A stretch of DNA of 63,152 nucleotides, filler included, from Octopus bimaculoides (taxonomy: Eukaryota), in the NCBI RefSeq assembly GCF_001194135.2. It is 6 parts of 6 records of this genome, joined end to end, with 100 filler letters (N's around TTAATTAATTAA, not from the genome) between each part and the next. Parts side by side here need not be neighbours in the genome. Positions count along the whole stretch, not along the records: positions 48,655 to 59,053 come from NC_068987.1; positions 59,154 to 63,152 come from NC_068986.1; 4 more parts are not named here. The stretch is one strand, 5' to 3'. Each line of letters starts with the position of its first letter. Position 1 is the stretch's first letter. Below are positions 51,541 to 63,152 of the stretch, one piece after another. The position numbers and the translations under genes are program-made. The notes below the pieces were generated by a model. The model was given only the letters and a program-made list of their open reading frames with translations. It was not told the origin of the DNA and ran no database searches.

Positions 51541-52286
51541 GCGTATACATATATATATATATATATATATATTTGTGCGTATACAATTACGCACGCATGC
51601 TTGCATACATTCACACGCATATATAGATCTCCGATTCATTTCGCAGTCTTTTCACTCTCTCTTCCCCTTTCTCTCTCATTCACTGTCTCCAGTTGACATA
51701 GATATATAATCGTAAATTTTCTTAAAAAGCATCTCTCCGATGAATGTGAATACTGTATGCGTGTGCGCTTATAAAGACATATTCGAGCATACATTTATAA
51801 AAGCATGTACTTATATAACACATGCTTTTAAACACAATAACCATACGCACATTCGAATCACACATCTATATATCCACACACACACACACACACATATATA
51901 TACCGATACACTCACCTATATGCATGTATTTGTTCACGTATGAACATTTTAGTATAAACAATTATATACGTATAACGGCATGAGCAATTGTTAAATGCGT
52001 TTGTGTGGGCGTACGTCGGGCAGCTGTGTATGCTGCCGTGTGAGAGAATATGCTATTATGGATGAGTATGTCTTCATAAGTATCTTCTTTTTAATTATAT
52101 AAAGTCATTAGCATATCTTCAATCAAGTGAAAATTTTAGCTGATGTCTTAATTCTTATTTTCCAATTAGTAATAAAACACATACTTCTTTTGTTTCATAG
52201 TTTGCATGCGTGTGAAAATAGCAGTCTCTAAATGTTATTTTCACTCAGCCGCAACTCTTTCTTTAACTCCACTTACATATACATAC

Positions 52287-52365
<79 letters not shown>

Positions 52366-53093
52366 TGCATGTATGTATGTATGAATATAATTTTGTGATT
52401 TTATTTTATTGTCACTTTAGTTGGTCGGATCGTGAGAGCGTCTGAAAACATGCTTTGGAGTAATTTGATTCTTTACGTTTACGTTCTGCGTTCATAAACC
52501 AGAGAGGACAATTTAACCATTGTTCCCTCGATAATATAAAGTACAAATGAAACTCTGCAGCTGATGAGCATCGACTAATCGACATTCTCAAATTGCTGTA
52601 CCTAAATCAGAAACTATCATGTTTACATTACTACCTCTACTTTCATATTTGCTGCACAGGTAAATGAGACCCTCATGGTATGCCTATTGAATAACTTACC
52701 ATACTTCTGTAACGAGGGGATTGCTTGCTTATTGCCCCAAGAAATATCTTACCTTCAAATGTCAACATTAATAGGGCAGCAAATCAAATTACATCTGCGT
52801 GGAATTTTCCTATAGTGAGCTAGTGGTCAGGCATATAACTGATGTTCTTGAAGTAGAGAGAAATCAGGCTCAAGTTATAGTAAGAGGCCACCATTTCGAA
52901 AATCTGCTCACCGAAAGATAGGCTGGTGACCATCTGGGAAACTTCCTACACAAAGTTTTTCAATATTGTGGATGGATGGCAGGACGTTGCGGGTAATAAA
53001 TGTATGATTCTCTTTTACTTTGTGGAAAGGTTTATACAAATTTTTGCCTAGATCTAGCGTCACATTTCAATCAAAAGGTTCTTTCACCAAATT

Positions 53094-53156
<63 letters not shown>

Positions 53157-53456
53157 GTATACACACACAAACATATATATATATATATAATGTATGCATG
53201 TATGTGTGAACCTACTCTCCTCAGATCAGAACCGGAACTTTCTTTACATTTTACATCTGGCATGCAAGGGATAATTTACTTTGTTCAAAATAATTCGTTA
53301 CGTAACATGTCGGAAATAGACGTCCAGTGTGAGACGATAAAGGGTACAAAACGAAACTCAGCATAAATCAATATCTGATACGAATCTTTCCCTCAACCAA
53401 TTAGGAAAACGATATTTTTCAGTTGATATAAATCTATGGATACATAGATGGATACA

Positions 53457-53496
<40 letters not shown>

Positions 53497-53585
53497 TTTC
53501 ATGTGTTAATCTTGATCAATTACTGATGTATAAATTGCTGCATTTCACATTGTCGTCGCTACATCTGTGAAAATATATTTCCACC

Positions 53586-54521
53586 TATTATTATTATTAT
53601 CATTATCTCTTTATCGCAGGTTTTGTTGGAGCTCCTGCAGTCTTACATGCGTAGCGGGCTTACTACCTGCAGCCTACGGTACCCATGCTACCCTTTCTTT
53701 TCTGCTATCTAACACTTTCCTGATTATTCTGGCCATGCCAAGGAGGCAAACCTTTTGTAACAGTTCTACTGGGCATTCTATTCCAATTTCCTTTATATTC
53801 TTCTTGATGCCTTCTGATACTGTTCCCAAGGACCCAACAATAATTGGCATTGTCTTCACCTTCTTCATTTTCCATAGCCGGGCTATTTCGTACTTCAGAG
53901 GGTTGTATTTATCTATCTTTTCGTCTTCCTTCTTGACTATTCGTGGGTGAAAGGGGCATGCAACGTCAACCATATAACATATGTGGTGCACCTTGTCCAA
54001 AACCACTAGGTCTGGTCTGTTATGCTCTAGCACCTGATCTTTTTGCCTTTGGAAATCCCAAAGGATTTGCTAGTCTCCGACTCCGCTACTATCTGCGGTT
54101 TGTGCTCATACCACGTCTTGCCTCTCTCTAGCCCACAGTTTTCGCACAGTTTCCAATGTAGCACTTTCTCTACATGGTCGTGCTGTCACCCCTTGTCGTG
54201 GTTTTTGGCAAGTCTAGGGCATTCGTTCGTGATATGGGCAATGGTTTCATCCACTCTATTGTAGATGCGGCACAGCGGAAATACTCGCTCATTCCTAAGG
54301 TTGACCTCCCCCCACCAGTTTGTGGCCAAAGCTTGGTCCCGCGCTGCCAGTATAGTGCTCTCAATCTCTTTTTTCAGGGTTCCTTTCATCAGCCAATCAT
54401 AACTATTTTTTTCCACCAACTTCTGTTGTGGCTACATGGAATTGATTGCGTAGTCCCTTCTTGCGTAATTCTTCTTCATATCCTTTTTGCAATTCTTCAT
54501 TTAGTTTCCCTTTTTTTCTGC
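53586..54521 (-). mobile_element. R4/Dong-like REL LINE 3' portion (lineage C) with (TAA)n tail
   Basis: YDWLMKGTLKKEIESTILAARDQALATN, decayed CCHC (CRIYNRVDETIAHITNECP), HNRPDLVVLDK...DVACP...EK..KY...LQKVCLLG.ARIIRKVL; (TAT)n on plus at 53586-53606. Confidence 0.92.
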
Positions 54522-55597
54522 NNNNNNNNNNNNNNNNNNNNNNNNNNNNNNNNNNNNNNNNNNNNNNNNNNNNNNNNNNNNNNNNNNNNNNNNNNNNNNN
54601 NNNNNNNNNNNNNNNNNNNNNNNNNNNNNNNNNNNNNNNNNNNNNNNNNNNNNNNNNNNNNNNNNNNNNNNNNNNNNNNNNNNNNNNNNNNNNNNNNNNN
54701 NNNNNNNNNNNNNNNNNNNNNNNNNNNNNNNNNNNNNNNNNNNNNNNNNNNNNNNNNNNNNNNNNNNNNNNNNNNNNNNNNNNNNNNNNNNNNNNNNNNN
54801 NNNNNNNNNNNNNNNNNNNNNNNNNNNNNNNNNNNNNNNNNNNNNNNNNNNNNNNNNNNNNNNNNNNNNNNNNNNNNNNNNNNNNNNNNNNNNNNNNNNN
54901 NNNNNNNNNNNNNNNNNNNNNNNNNNNNNNNNNNNNNNNNNNNNNNNNNNNNNNNNNNNNNNNNNNNNNNNNNNNNNNNNNNNNNNNNNNNNNNNNNNNN
55001 NNNNNNNNATATATATATATATATATACATACACACATATATATCTAACTGGTTACGTATGGAAGTATATGTAAATTATGTTGAATTTAAAAAACTTTCT
55101 CTCTCTCTCTCTCTCATACATACACTGTCTATTTCTATGTATATATTTCTCCGCACATACGCGAGTGAGTCTTGTGTGTTTTTCCTGCAGTGCGAAAAAT
55201 GTACTATCACTAAAACAGGCCGAATATCCTGTCAGCCGTAGCGAATCTTCAGCTTCCGAACAACAACGCCGAATTGTCTCACTCTACTTATTCTCCCGAC
55301 TCCTTTGTAATACATTTTAACAATTTCCTCTTTCATTTTTGCGTGTTGTATCTTATCAGTTCCGTCTACTCCTAATGATTTCTTTGAATATCTCTGATTC
55401 AGATGTCTGTCTCTAAATTGATGTTCGCAGTTTGTTTTGGCCGAATTAGCGAACTATATTTAGTAGATATTTGTATTGCAAAGGGATTCTTTTCATCAAT
55501 GACACAAGGTCAGACAAATTTGGGAGAGAAAGAGAGGAAGAGAGACAGCTTTGTTTAAGTAATATATAAACATCGGTACTTCACAGATGCATTGCTG

Positions 55598-55720
55598 CAT
55601 CGACTCTGGATGAATAGAAGGCAAAGCGAACCTCAGCGGGCATGAACTCAAGGTGAAGGCTTTAACTAATTACGGCATAACATATTGTCCTAGAGTCTGA
55701 CGATTAACGATTCTGTCACG
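55598..55720 (-). mobile_element. Decayed SINE family B
   Basis: aggcaaagcgaacctcagcgg...gaactc...taacgattctgtca, reverse complement of the family B head. Confidence 0.65.
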
Positions 55721-55840
55721 CGATATAATTGTTTTTGCAACAACAAAAGATCTGAAATCAAATCATTGGACTAACCAGAGAAAATTAACTAAACATACAC
55801 ATAAGGACGGAATCAAGAACGCGCGAATTTATATGTCTGA

Positions 55841-55892
<52 letters not shown>

Positions 55893-56678
55893 NNNNNNNN
55901 NNNNNNNNNNNNNNNNNNNNNNNNNNNNNNNNNNNNNNNNNNNNNNNNNNNNNNNNNNNNNNNNNNNNNNNNNNNNNNNNNNNNNNNNNNNNNNNNNNNN
56001 NNNNNNNNNNNNNNNNNNNNNNNNNNNNNNNNNNNNNNNNNNNNNNNNNNNNNNNNNNNNNNNNNNNNNNNNNNNNNNNNNNNNNNNNNNNNNNNNNNNN
56101 NNNNNNNNNNNNNNNNNNNNNNNNNNNNNNNNNNNNNNNNNNNNNNNNNNNNNNNNNNNNNNNNNNNNNNNNNNNNNNNNNNNNNNNNNNNNNNNNNNNN
56201 NNNNNNNNNNNNNNNNNNNNNNNNNNNNNNNNNNNNNNNNNNNNNNNNNNNNNNNNNNNNNNNNNNNNNNNNNNNNNNNNNNNNNNNNNNNNNNNNNNNN
56301 NNNNNNNNNNNNNNNNNNNNNNNNNNNNNNNNNNNNNNNNNNNNNNNNNNNNNNNNNNNNNNNNNNNNNNNNNNNNNNNNNNNNNNNNNNNNNNNNNNNN
56401 NNNNNNNNNNNNNNNNNNNNNNNNNNNNNNNNNNNNNNNNNNNNNNNNNNNNNNNNNNNNNNNNNNNNNNNNNNNNNNNNNNNNNNNNNNNNNNNNNNNN
56501 NNNNNNNNNNNNNNNNNNNNNNNNNNNNNNNNNNNNNNNNNNNNNNNNNNNNNNNNNNNNNNNNNNNNNNNNNNNNNNNNNNNNNNNNNNNNNNNNNNNN
56601 NNNNNNNNNNNNNNNNNNNNNNNNNNNNNNNNNNNNNNNNNNNNNNNNNNNNNNNNNNNNNNNNNNNNNNNNNNNNNN

Positions 56679-56709
<31 letters not shown>

Positions 56710-57980
56710 GTATATGGATGAATTTATAACTACGTAGATATAGACTATATATGTTCTGGTCGATTGTCTGCATACATAAATGTCATTGTGTGTATGTATA
56801 TATGTGCGTTGTGTCTGAGTTTGAGTGTCTGTTTTTCAGTGTGTGTGAGTGTGTGTGTGTGTGTGTGAGAGACTTAGAGTAAAACAGAAATATTTACTGT
56901 TGGGAAGAATTATTTGCGATAGCGTTTGGTTATGTGGACGTTTGTATATTTAATACTCTCCGCTGAAAATAAACTTGTATGGGTGTCTGTGCATATATAC
57001 ACACACATACATATTCATATATACAGATACATACAAACACGACCCACATAAACACATTTATATATATANNNNNNNNNNNNNNNNNNNNNNNNNNNNNNNN
57101 NNNNNNNNNNNNNNNNNNNNNNNNNNNNNNNNNNNNNNNNNNNNNNNNNNNNNNNNNNNNNNNNNNNNNNNNNNNNNNNNNNNNNNNNNNNNNNNNNNNN
57201 NNNNNNNNNNNNNNNNNNNNNNNNNNNNNNNNNNNNNNNNNNNNNNNNNNNNNNNNNNNNNNNNNNNNNNNNNNNNNNNNNNNNNNNNNNNNNNNNNNNN
57301 NNNNNNNNNNNNNNNNNATATATATATAAATGTGTATACGCACATGTCCACATACATTGATAAATGTCTGTCATACTTATATGAATACACACACGTGCAA
57401 AAGCATACACGTATGTGTGTGTGCGCGCGTGTGTGTATATATAAACACACATCGTGTATAGTTTTTGTAAATGATATGTCAATTTACGTTGATAGCTAAA
57501 AAATCAGATTATGCAATTAGTAATTATCTGTAAACAAAACAAACCAATTAAACACATTTCTGTCCCTGAACACAATTCGACAATGCGGCTGATTGAGTCA
57601 ACTATTTTTTCGGAATCAGCGGAGAACTCTTTGAGCTCTTTGAGATGAAACATGTATGATAAATCAAAAGAGATGCCCCCACGCAGAGAAGACAACACGC
57701 ACGCACACACGCACGCACGCACACACACACACACACATACACACACATAGATTCATGTAATCATATATACACATACGTACAAAAATAAAAATAATAATAC
57801 ATATGTCTGTATGTATGCATGTATGTATGTATGTATGTATGTATGTATCTATCTATCTATCTATTTATCTATCTATCATCTCTCTCTCCCCCCCTCTCTC
57901 TCTGTATATATATATATATATATATATATACATGCATATAAATATAATGGAGTAATTACTATGAAGCATTGTGTAGAATA

Positions 57981-58271
57981 TATTGTATAAAGGATCGTGG
58001 GTAAGGCCAGAAGAATGCAAAATAAATGCAAGGCAAATCACAAGGAAACAAATATATGAAGTAACGTAGACTTACTTTGCATTCAATATTTCGGGGTTAT
58101 GATCCTAACCTTAAGAAATTAATATTCGTTAATTTTTTGACGATGGGGTCATAATTCCCGAAATATTGAATGCAAGGTAAGTGTACATTAATTCATATAT
58201 TTGTTTTACAGTGATTTACCTTGCATTTATTTCGCATTGTTTCAGCCTTACCCATGATCTTTTATACAATA
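57981..58271. mobile_element. Foldback / palindromic MITE-like element, 291 bp
   Basis: Arms 57981-58105 and 58146-58271 are about 80% complementary, with a 40-bp spacer; outermost bases tattgtataa / ttatacaata. Confidence 0.85.
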
Positions 58272-58483
58272 CACACACACTCGAAAACACCTGCGTTAGA
58301 CTTATGTGGTAAAGGTAGGTCGCCGCTCGGCGATGAGAAATACGATGATGGACCAAATAAGTATTCTGCTTTTGCAATACTGTTTAAACGACTGGCCATT
58401 ACCAAGATACACTCAATGTAGTTCTCAAGCAGAGTTAGGGTGATATACTGTGTGCTAAGGTGTGTGTGAGAGAGAGAAAGAGC

Positions 58484-58524
<41 letters not shown>

Positions 58525-58534
58525 NNNNNNNNNN

Positions 58535-58577
<43 letters not shown>

Positions 58578-58734
58578 GAAAGTGAGACAGGGTTGTAGAT
58601 TTTGGCTTACCGCTACAATTCACTCAACGAACAGCTACAAAGTTTCCGTCTGCCGAATTACATTCTCAAGTATTTATCGAGTAATAGACGGTAAAATTTG
58701 ATATTCACCTTAGGTGCCGCGTACTAGGACACTT

Positions 58735-58737
58735 GTA

Positions 58738-58826
<89 letters not shown>

Positions 58827-58857
58827 GTCTATCTATCTATCTATCTATCTCTCTCTC

Positions 58858-58888
<31 letters not shown>

Positions 58889-58902
58889 GTATGAATGTAT
58901 AC

Positions 58903-58935
<33 letters not shown>

Positions 58936-59053
58936 TGTATGTATGCATGTATGTATGTATGAATGTATGTATACAAATGTATATGTATGCATGTATGTAT
59001 ATATACATATGTATGTACATATATACATATATGTATGTATACATGCATATATG
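58735..59053. repeat. Compound (TATC)(TA)(TATG) microsatellites
   Basis: Direct read. Confidence 0.97.
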
Positions 59054-60944
59054 NNNNNNNNNNNNNNNNNNNNNNNNNNNNNNNNNNNNNNNNNNNNTTA
59101 ATTAATTAANNNNNNNNNNNNNNNNNNNNNNNNNNNNNNNNNNNNNNNNNNNNCCTCCACGAAAATAATTTAATTTGTGTTCGTGGGAAGAACCATTTCA
59201 ACGATGCGTACTGCCTTAATTTTTCGAAACGCCGGTGTTTTAATGGTGGCAGCTGATGAAGGAGATGTTTCTATGTGGCTTGCTTGTTTGTTGTACCTTG
59301 TTTATCATTTTGTCCATGTTCTTTTGCCACGTCATGTACCCAGTTATGTATCCATATGTACATGTAGATGAAGGTATGTAGATACATGTACATATATATG
59401 CATATACTTATATATTGTTTATATATATATATACACACATATTTATGCATACATACATTGTTGTGTGTGTAAATGGTTATATACATGCGTGTGTATGTAT
59501 GTGTGAAAGTATATGTGCGTTGGGCTTATGTGTGTCAGTGAGTGTGTGTGCATAATCTCTATCAGCAAGCGAGGTAATCTTCTTAATCATCGCTTACTCC
59601 CACTCTCCATTACGCCTTTCTCTTCCCCCCTTTCTCTTCCCTTCTCTTCCCTCCCCTCTCTGTCTTCTTTTCTTTATCTCCCCTCTCTCTTCTCTCTTCT
59701 CCTCTCTCTTCTCTCTTCTTCTTTCTCTCTCTCTCTTTCTTTCTCTCTTACTCCCTCCACTCGTTCTTATATTCCTTACCTCCCTTTCTAGTCCACCTGC
59801 ACTTCACTCCCTTCTTCTTCCTCTGACTTTTTCTTCATCCCTCTTTCTCTATCTCCCTCTCCCTCCAACCCTCTCTCTCTCTCTCTCTCTTTCTCTCTCG
59901 TTGTCTCCTTTCTCCCTCCCCCTTCTATTTCCTTCTATGATGAGATAATAAGCTGCCTGGGTGTCCATTTTATTGTCCCTAATAAGGCATGCATTAGACA
60001 ATTTTCTAGCACGGGTGTGTATGTGTCTGTGTGTGTTTGTGTGTGTGTGTAGTGGGAAGGGGAGAGAACTGAACCAAGTTTTGCGGAAGCGGCGGCGGCG
60101 GCGACGGTGGCGATATGGAGAGAGGTTAGACGCAGTATGGAGCTGCGTAATTGTTTAGAGTCTAGCGGTATGTAGAGGTTGGAGTCTTGAAGTAGAGCTA
60201 GGATTGAACTGCCCGAGGCTGTGTCAGCGTTTGTCATCGTCGTAGTCGACATGGTTGGAATTACGACAACCAACGTGCACCGAAATAGATGGCTTGGAAA
60301 TGTTAGCGTAGCTACAAGGTCTCAGTGAAAGTGAATCTCTGTTTTTGGCTGTTGAGNNNNNNNNNNNNNNNNNNNNNNNNNNNNNNNNNNNNNNNNNNNN
60401 NNNNNNNNNNNNNNNNNNNNNNNNNNNNNNNNNNNNNNNNNNNNNNNNNNNNNNNNNNNNNNNNNNNNNNNNNNNNNNNNNNNNNNNNNNNNNNNNNNNN
60501 NNNNNNNNNNNNNNNNNNNNNNNNNNNNNNNNNNNNNNNNNNNNNNNNNNNNNNNNNNNNNNNNNNNNNNNNNNNNNNNNNNNNNNNNNNNNNNNNNNNN
60601 NNNNNNNNNNNNNNNNNNNNNNNNNNNNNNNNNNNNNNNNNNNNNNGGTCGTGGTTGTGGTGGTTTCGGTGGCGACCATAACAGTGGCAGTGGCGGAAGT
60701 AGTTGCGGCGGCAGCGGTGATTTCGGTTTCGGTTCTTCTTCTTCTTCTTCTTCTTATTATTATTATTATTATTATTAATATCTTCTTCTCCACCTCCGCT
60801 TCTCCTCCTCCTTCTCCTTTTTCTTCTTTTTCTTTTTCTTCTTCCTCTACTACTACTACTACTACTACTACTACTATTTCTTTTTCTCATCCCCCCTCCT
60901 CTTGTTTGTCTTAGACTAACATTTTCCAGAAAGTCACAGTTACA

Positions 60945-61463
60945 GAAAAATATTAAACTGTCGCTCTGTCAATTGTCATATAGCTGCTGTCTCAATATGA
61001 AGAACATCACGTAATTACCACCAAGAGCCGCCACTCCTTTGTAGCTTGCCGAGACCCAGAAATCTTTGCACTCGACCAGGGGTGCATTATTAAAATCTAT
61101 ATATATGAGGCAGAAGTTACAGAAACGCTACATGATAACCGGAAAGAAGAGCTACATTGGGCTTTGTGAAGGTAACTTCAAAAGCGCAATGCTAACCACG
61201 TATGTTCCTTCCATCACAGAAACAAAAGTAAAGTCACTAAGTTAGCTGCGTATGGAGTTTAAAGTTTAACGCTACATCACATTCAATCAAGTGGAAAATA
61301 ATTGAAAAGTCCACACCATATGTCAACGGATCCAAGAAATACAAGTTATGCTGAAAGAAAATAGAACCTTTTCATAACTAAGAAATCTACACCGCTGCTG
61401 AATTCCAGATCTGAAATTTTCAGCGGATGTAAACATATGAATAAGTTCCAGTTGGCGACCTAG
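60945..61463 (+). mobile_element. Penelope-like GIY-YIG endonuclease relic
   Basis: SYSCCLNMKNI, CRDPEIFALDQGC..IYEAEV, KSYIGLCEGNFK, NH..SF, IKWKIIEKSTPY...KLC, LLNSRSEIFSGCKHMNKFQL* (stop 61461-61463); frameshifted. Confidence 0.88.
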
Positions 61464-61897
61464 AAAATACCCCTCTCTCTCCAGATTGAGCAGTAATACC
61501 ACAGACTCTAGGCCCCTATCCATTCAGCCCTATAATTTTATGGTCAAAGGGGACTCTATTTCAACTCCTCTTTTTTTCAGTTTTCTTTTTCCTTTTCCGG
61601 TGTTTTCAACTTTCCATCTTTAACATTTACTTCATTCTCGTTTTTTTCTCGTAGTATCTCATCATATCATCCTGTTTTAGTTAGTTATGCCATGTAGGCA
61701 GAGTTTGAGGATTGCGTGAAAGCACCAGACGTGTTATACAATGCTGCCTGGGTTGTTTTTTATCTCATAAAACTATTAGTAGCTAATAAAAACATATACC
61801 GTGTTTATTAGATAATATTTATCTCTCACCAGTTGGAGTAATTTTTTTGTTGATATTACTGTCACGGAACAGTGCACTATACATATATATATATATG

Positions 61898-61935
<38 letters not shown>

Positions 61936-62159
61936 TGTGTGTGCGTGTGTGTGTGTGTGCGCGCGCGCGCGCGCGTGTATTAAAGAATTTCTTTGTCTTA
62001 TTTTTTAGATTATCATTTAAGTCTTCGCACAAACTAACACTATGTTGTGACCAAAAGAGAACCAGGATTTTCTAGAACTCGACAAGTGTTGATAGACCAG
62101 TATTCGGGTTAAGTGTTTCTCTAGAAATGCCATACCATCACACCCCACCAGGACCTGTG

Positions 62160-62190
<31 letters not shown>

Positions 62191-62297
62191 AGTGAGTGTG
62201 TGTGTGTATACGTATATACATACATCCATGCATACTTACTTACATACATATACACACACATAGACATACATACATACATACATGCATACATGCATAC

Positions 62298-62328
<31 letters not shown>

Positions 62329-62379
62329 CGCATACATACATACATACATATACACACACACACACACATATATATTACC

Positions 62380-62797
62380 TTTTGCATGTTTCAGTCATTG
62401 GACTACTGCCATGCTGGGGCACCTCCTTGCATGGTTTAGTCGAACAAATTGTGCCCAGTACTTATTTTTTTTTAAATCTGATGACTATTTTATCAATTCA
62501 TTTTGCCAAACCGCTTACTTAAACGGGCAAACATAAGCACAAAGATACACACACACATACACACAAACACACACATACACACAAACACACACATACACAT
62601 ACACACACATACACACACATACTCGCACACACACACGCACATATAGGCTTCTTTCAGTATCCATTTCCAGTCACAAGGCTTTGGTCGGTTCGGGGCTATG
62701 GTAGAAGATATCTGCTCAAAGTGCCACGCAGTGCGACTGAACCTGGTACCATGTAATTGGGAAGCAAACCTCTTACCAGGCAGCCACGCCGTTACCT
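62380..62797 (-). mobile_element. SINE family A, near full length
   Basis: Reverse complement of the 15936-16341 architecture including the internal (CA)n. Confidence 0.9.
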
Positions 62798-63152
62798 ATA
62801 TGTGTGTATGAATGTGTGCATGCATGCATGCATGTGTGTGTGTGTGCTTGCGTGCAGATGTGCGTGTAAATGTTTATTTGCACACAATGACATGCGTAAA
62901 TACATGCACGAAAAAGAAAGAACAACAGCCAGATCGCTTTTAAACTTTTGCTTAGGATCATCATTAAAATTTGCGATATTGATTAACTTGCCTGATTATA
63001 TATCTATGCACTCATTGCATAAGGAAGTGGCAATCGAAATACGTGCCGGAGGCATGTCTATTTCTCTGTCTATTTCTATATGTCCAACTGTTTGTCTCTG
63101 TTTGTCTATCTATCTATCTAAGTCAGTGGGCTTGCGGCTCGGCACCTGGAGA

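Noticed and set aside
55170-55320. Strong acceptor-like gtgtgtttttcctgcAG followed by a 42-codon frame
   Set aside because: No homology, donor or partner exon recognised; such sites are common by chance.
59226-59275. GAAAC-palindrome-GUU followed by CUGAUGA (permuted, type II-like hammerhead)
   Set aside because: Stem III is plausible but stem I does not form beyond 2 bp and stem II partners are unconvincing.
61705-61736. Decayed hammerhead downstream of the PLE relic (TTGAGGA-t-TGC/GCA-cCAGAC)
   Set aside because: Position is suggestive, but both core strands are mutated and no stem I is found.

Overview
AT-rich, repeat-saturated animal genomic DNA from a gappy short-read assembly (about 20 N-runs, most bordered by microsatellites). 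The SINE families and microsatellite density point to an octopus; this is recognition from memory, not a database result. I found no convincing host protein-coding exon, rRNA, functional tRNA or CRISPR array. The long ORFs in the track are artefacts of N-runs and microsatellites, and every recognisable protein fragment is transposon-derived. DNA transposons: Helitron relics (helicase, HUH-Rep, a 3' hairpin-CTAG end), three Tc1/mariner elements (one DD37D maT-type, one full-length DD34D with TIRs, one older relic), a Chapaev-like transposase relic, two hAT-type MITEs and a 291-bp foldback element. Retroelements: three lineages of R4/Dong-like REL-endonuclease LINEs, two RTE LINE fragments, two Penelope-like GIY-YIG relics, a probable solo LTR, and many tRNA-derived SINEs of at least five families. 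Main observation: three unrelated minimal type I hammerhead ribozyme folds (6674-6745 minus, 29609-29654 minus, 40322-40356 plus), all with palindromic stem III and a GUU cleavage triplet. One is the tail of a tRNA-headed SINE, i.e. a candidate Pol III-driven, self-cleaving, Penelope-mobilised SINE. Second observation: the REL-LINE lineages each end in a different microsatellite class, and one copy is nested in the (CATA)n tail of another. All alignments and folds were done by eye, and boundaries of old elements are approximate.
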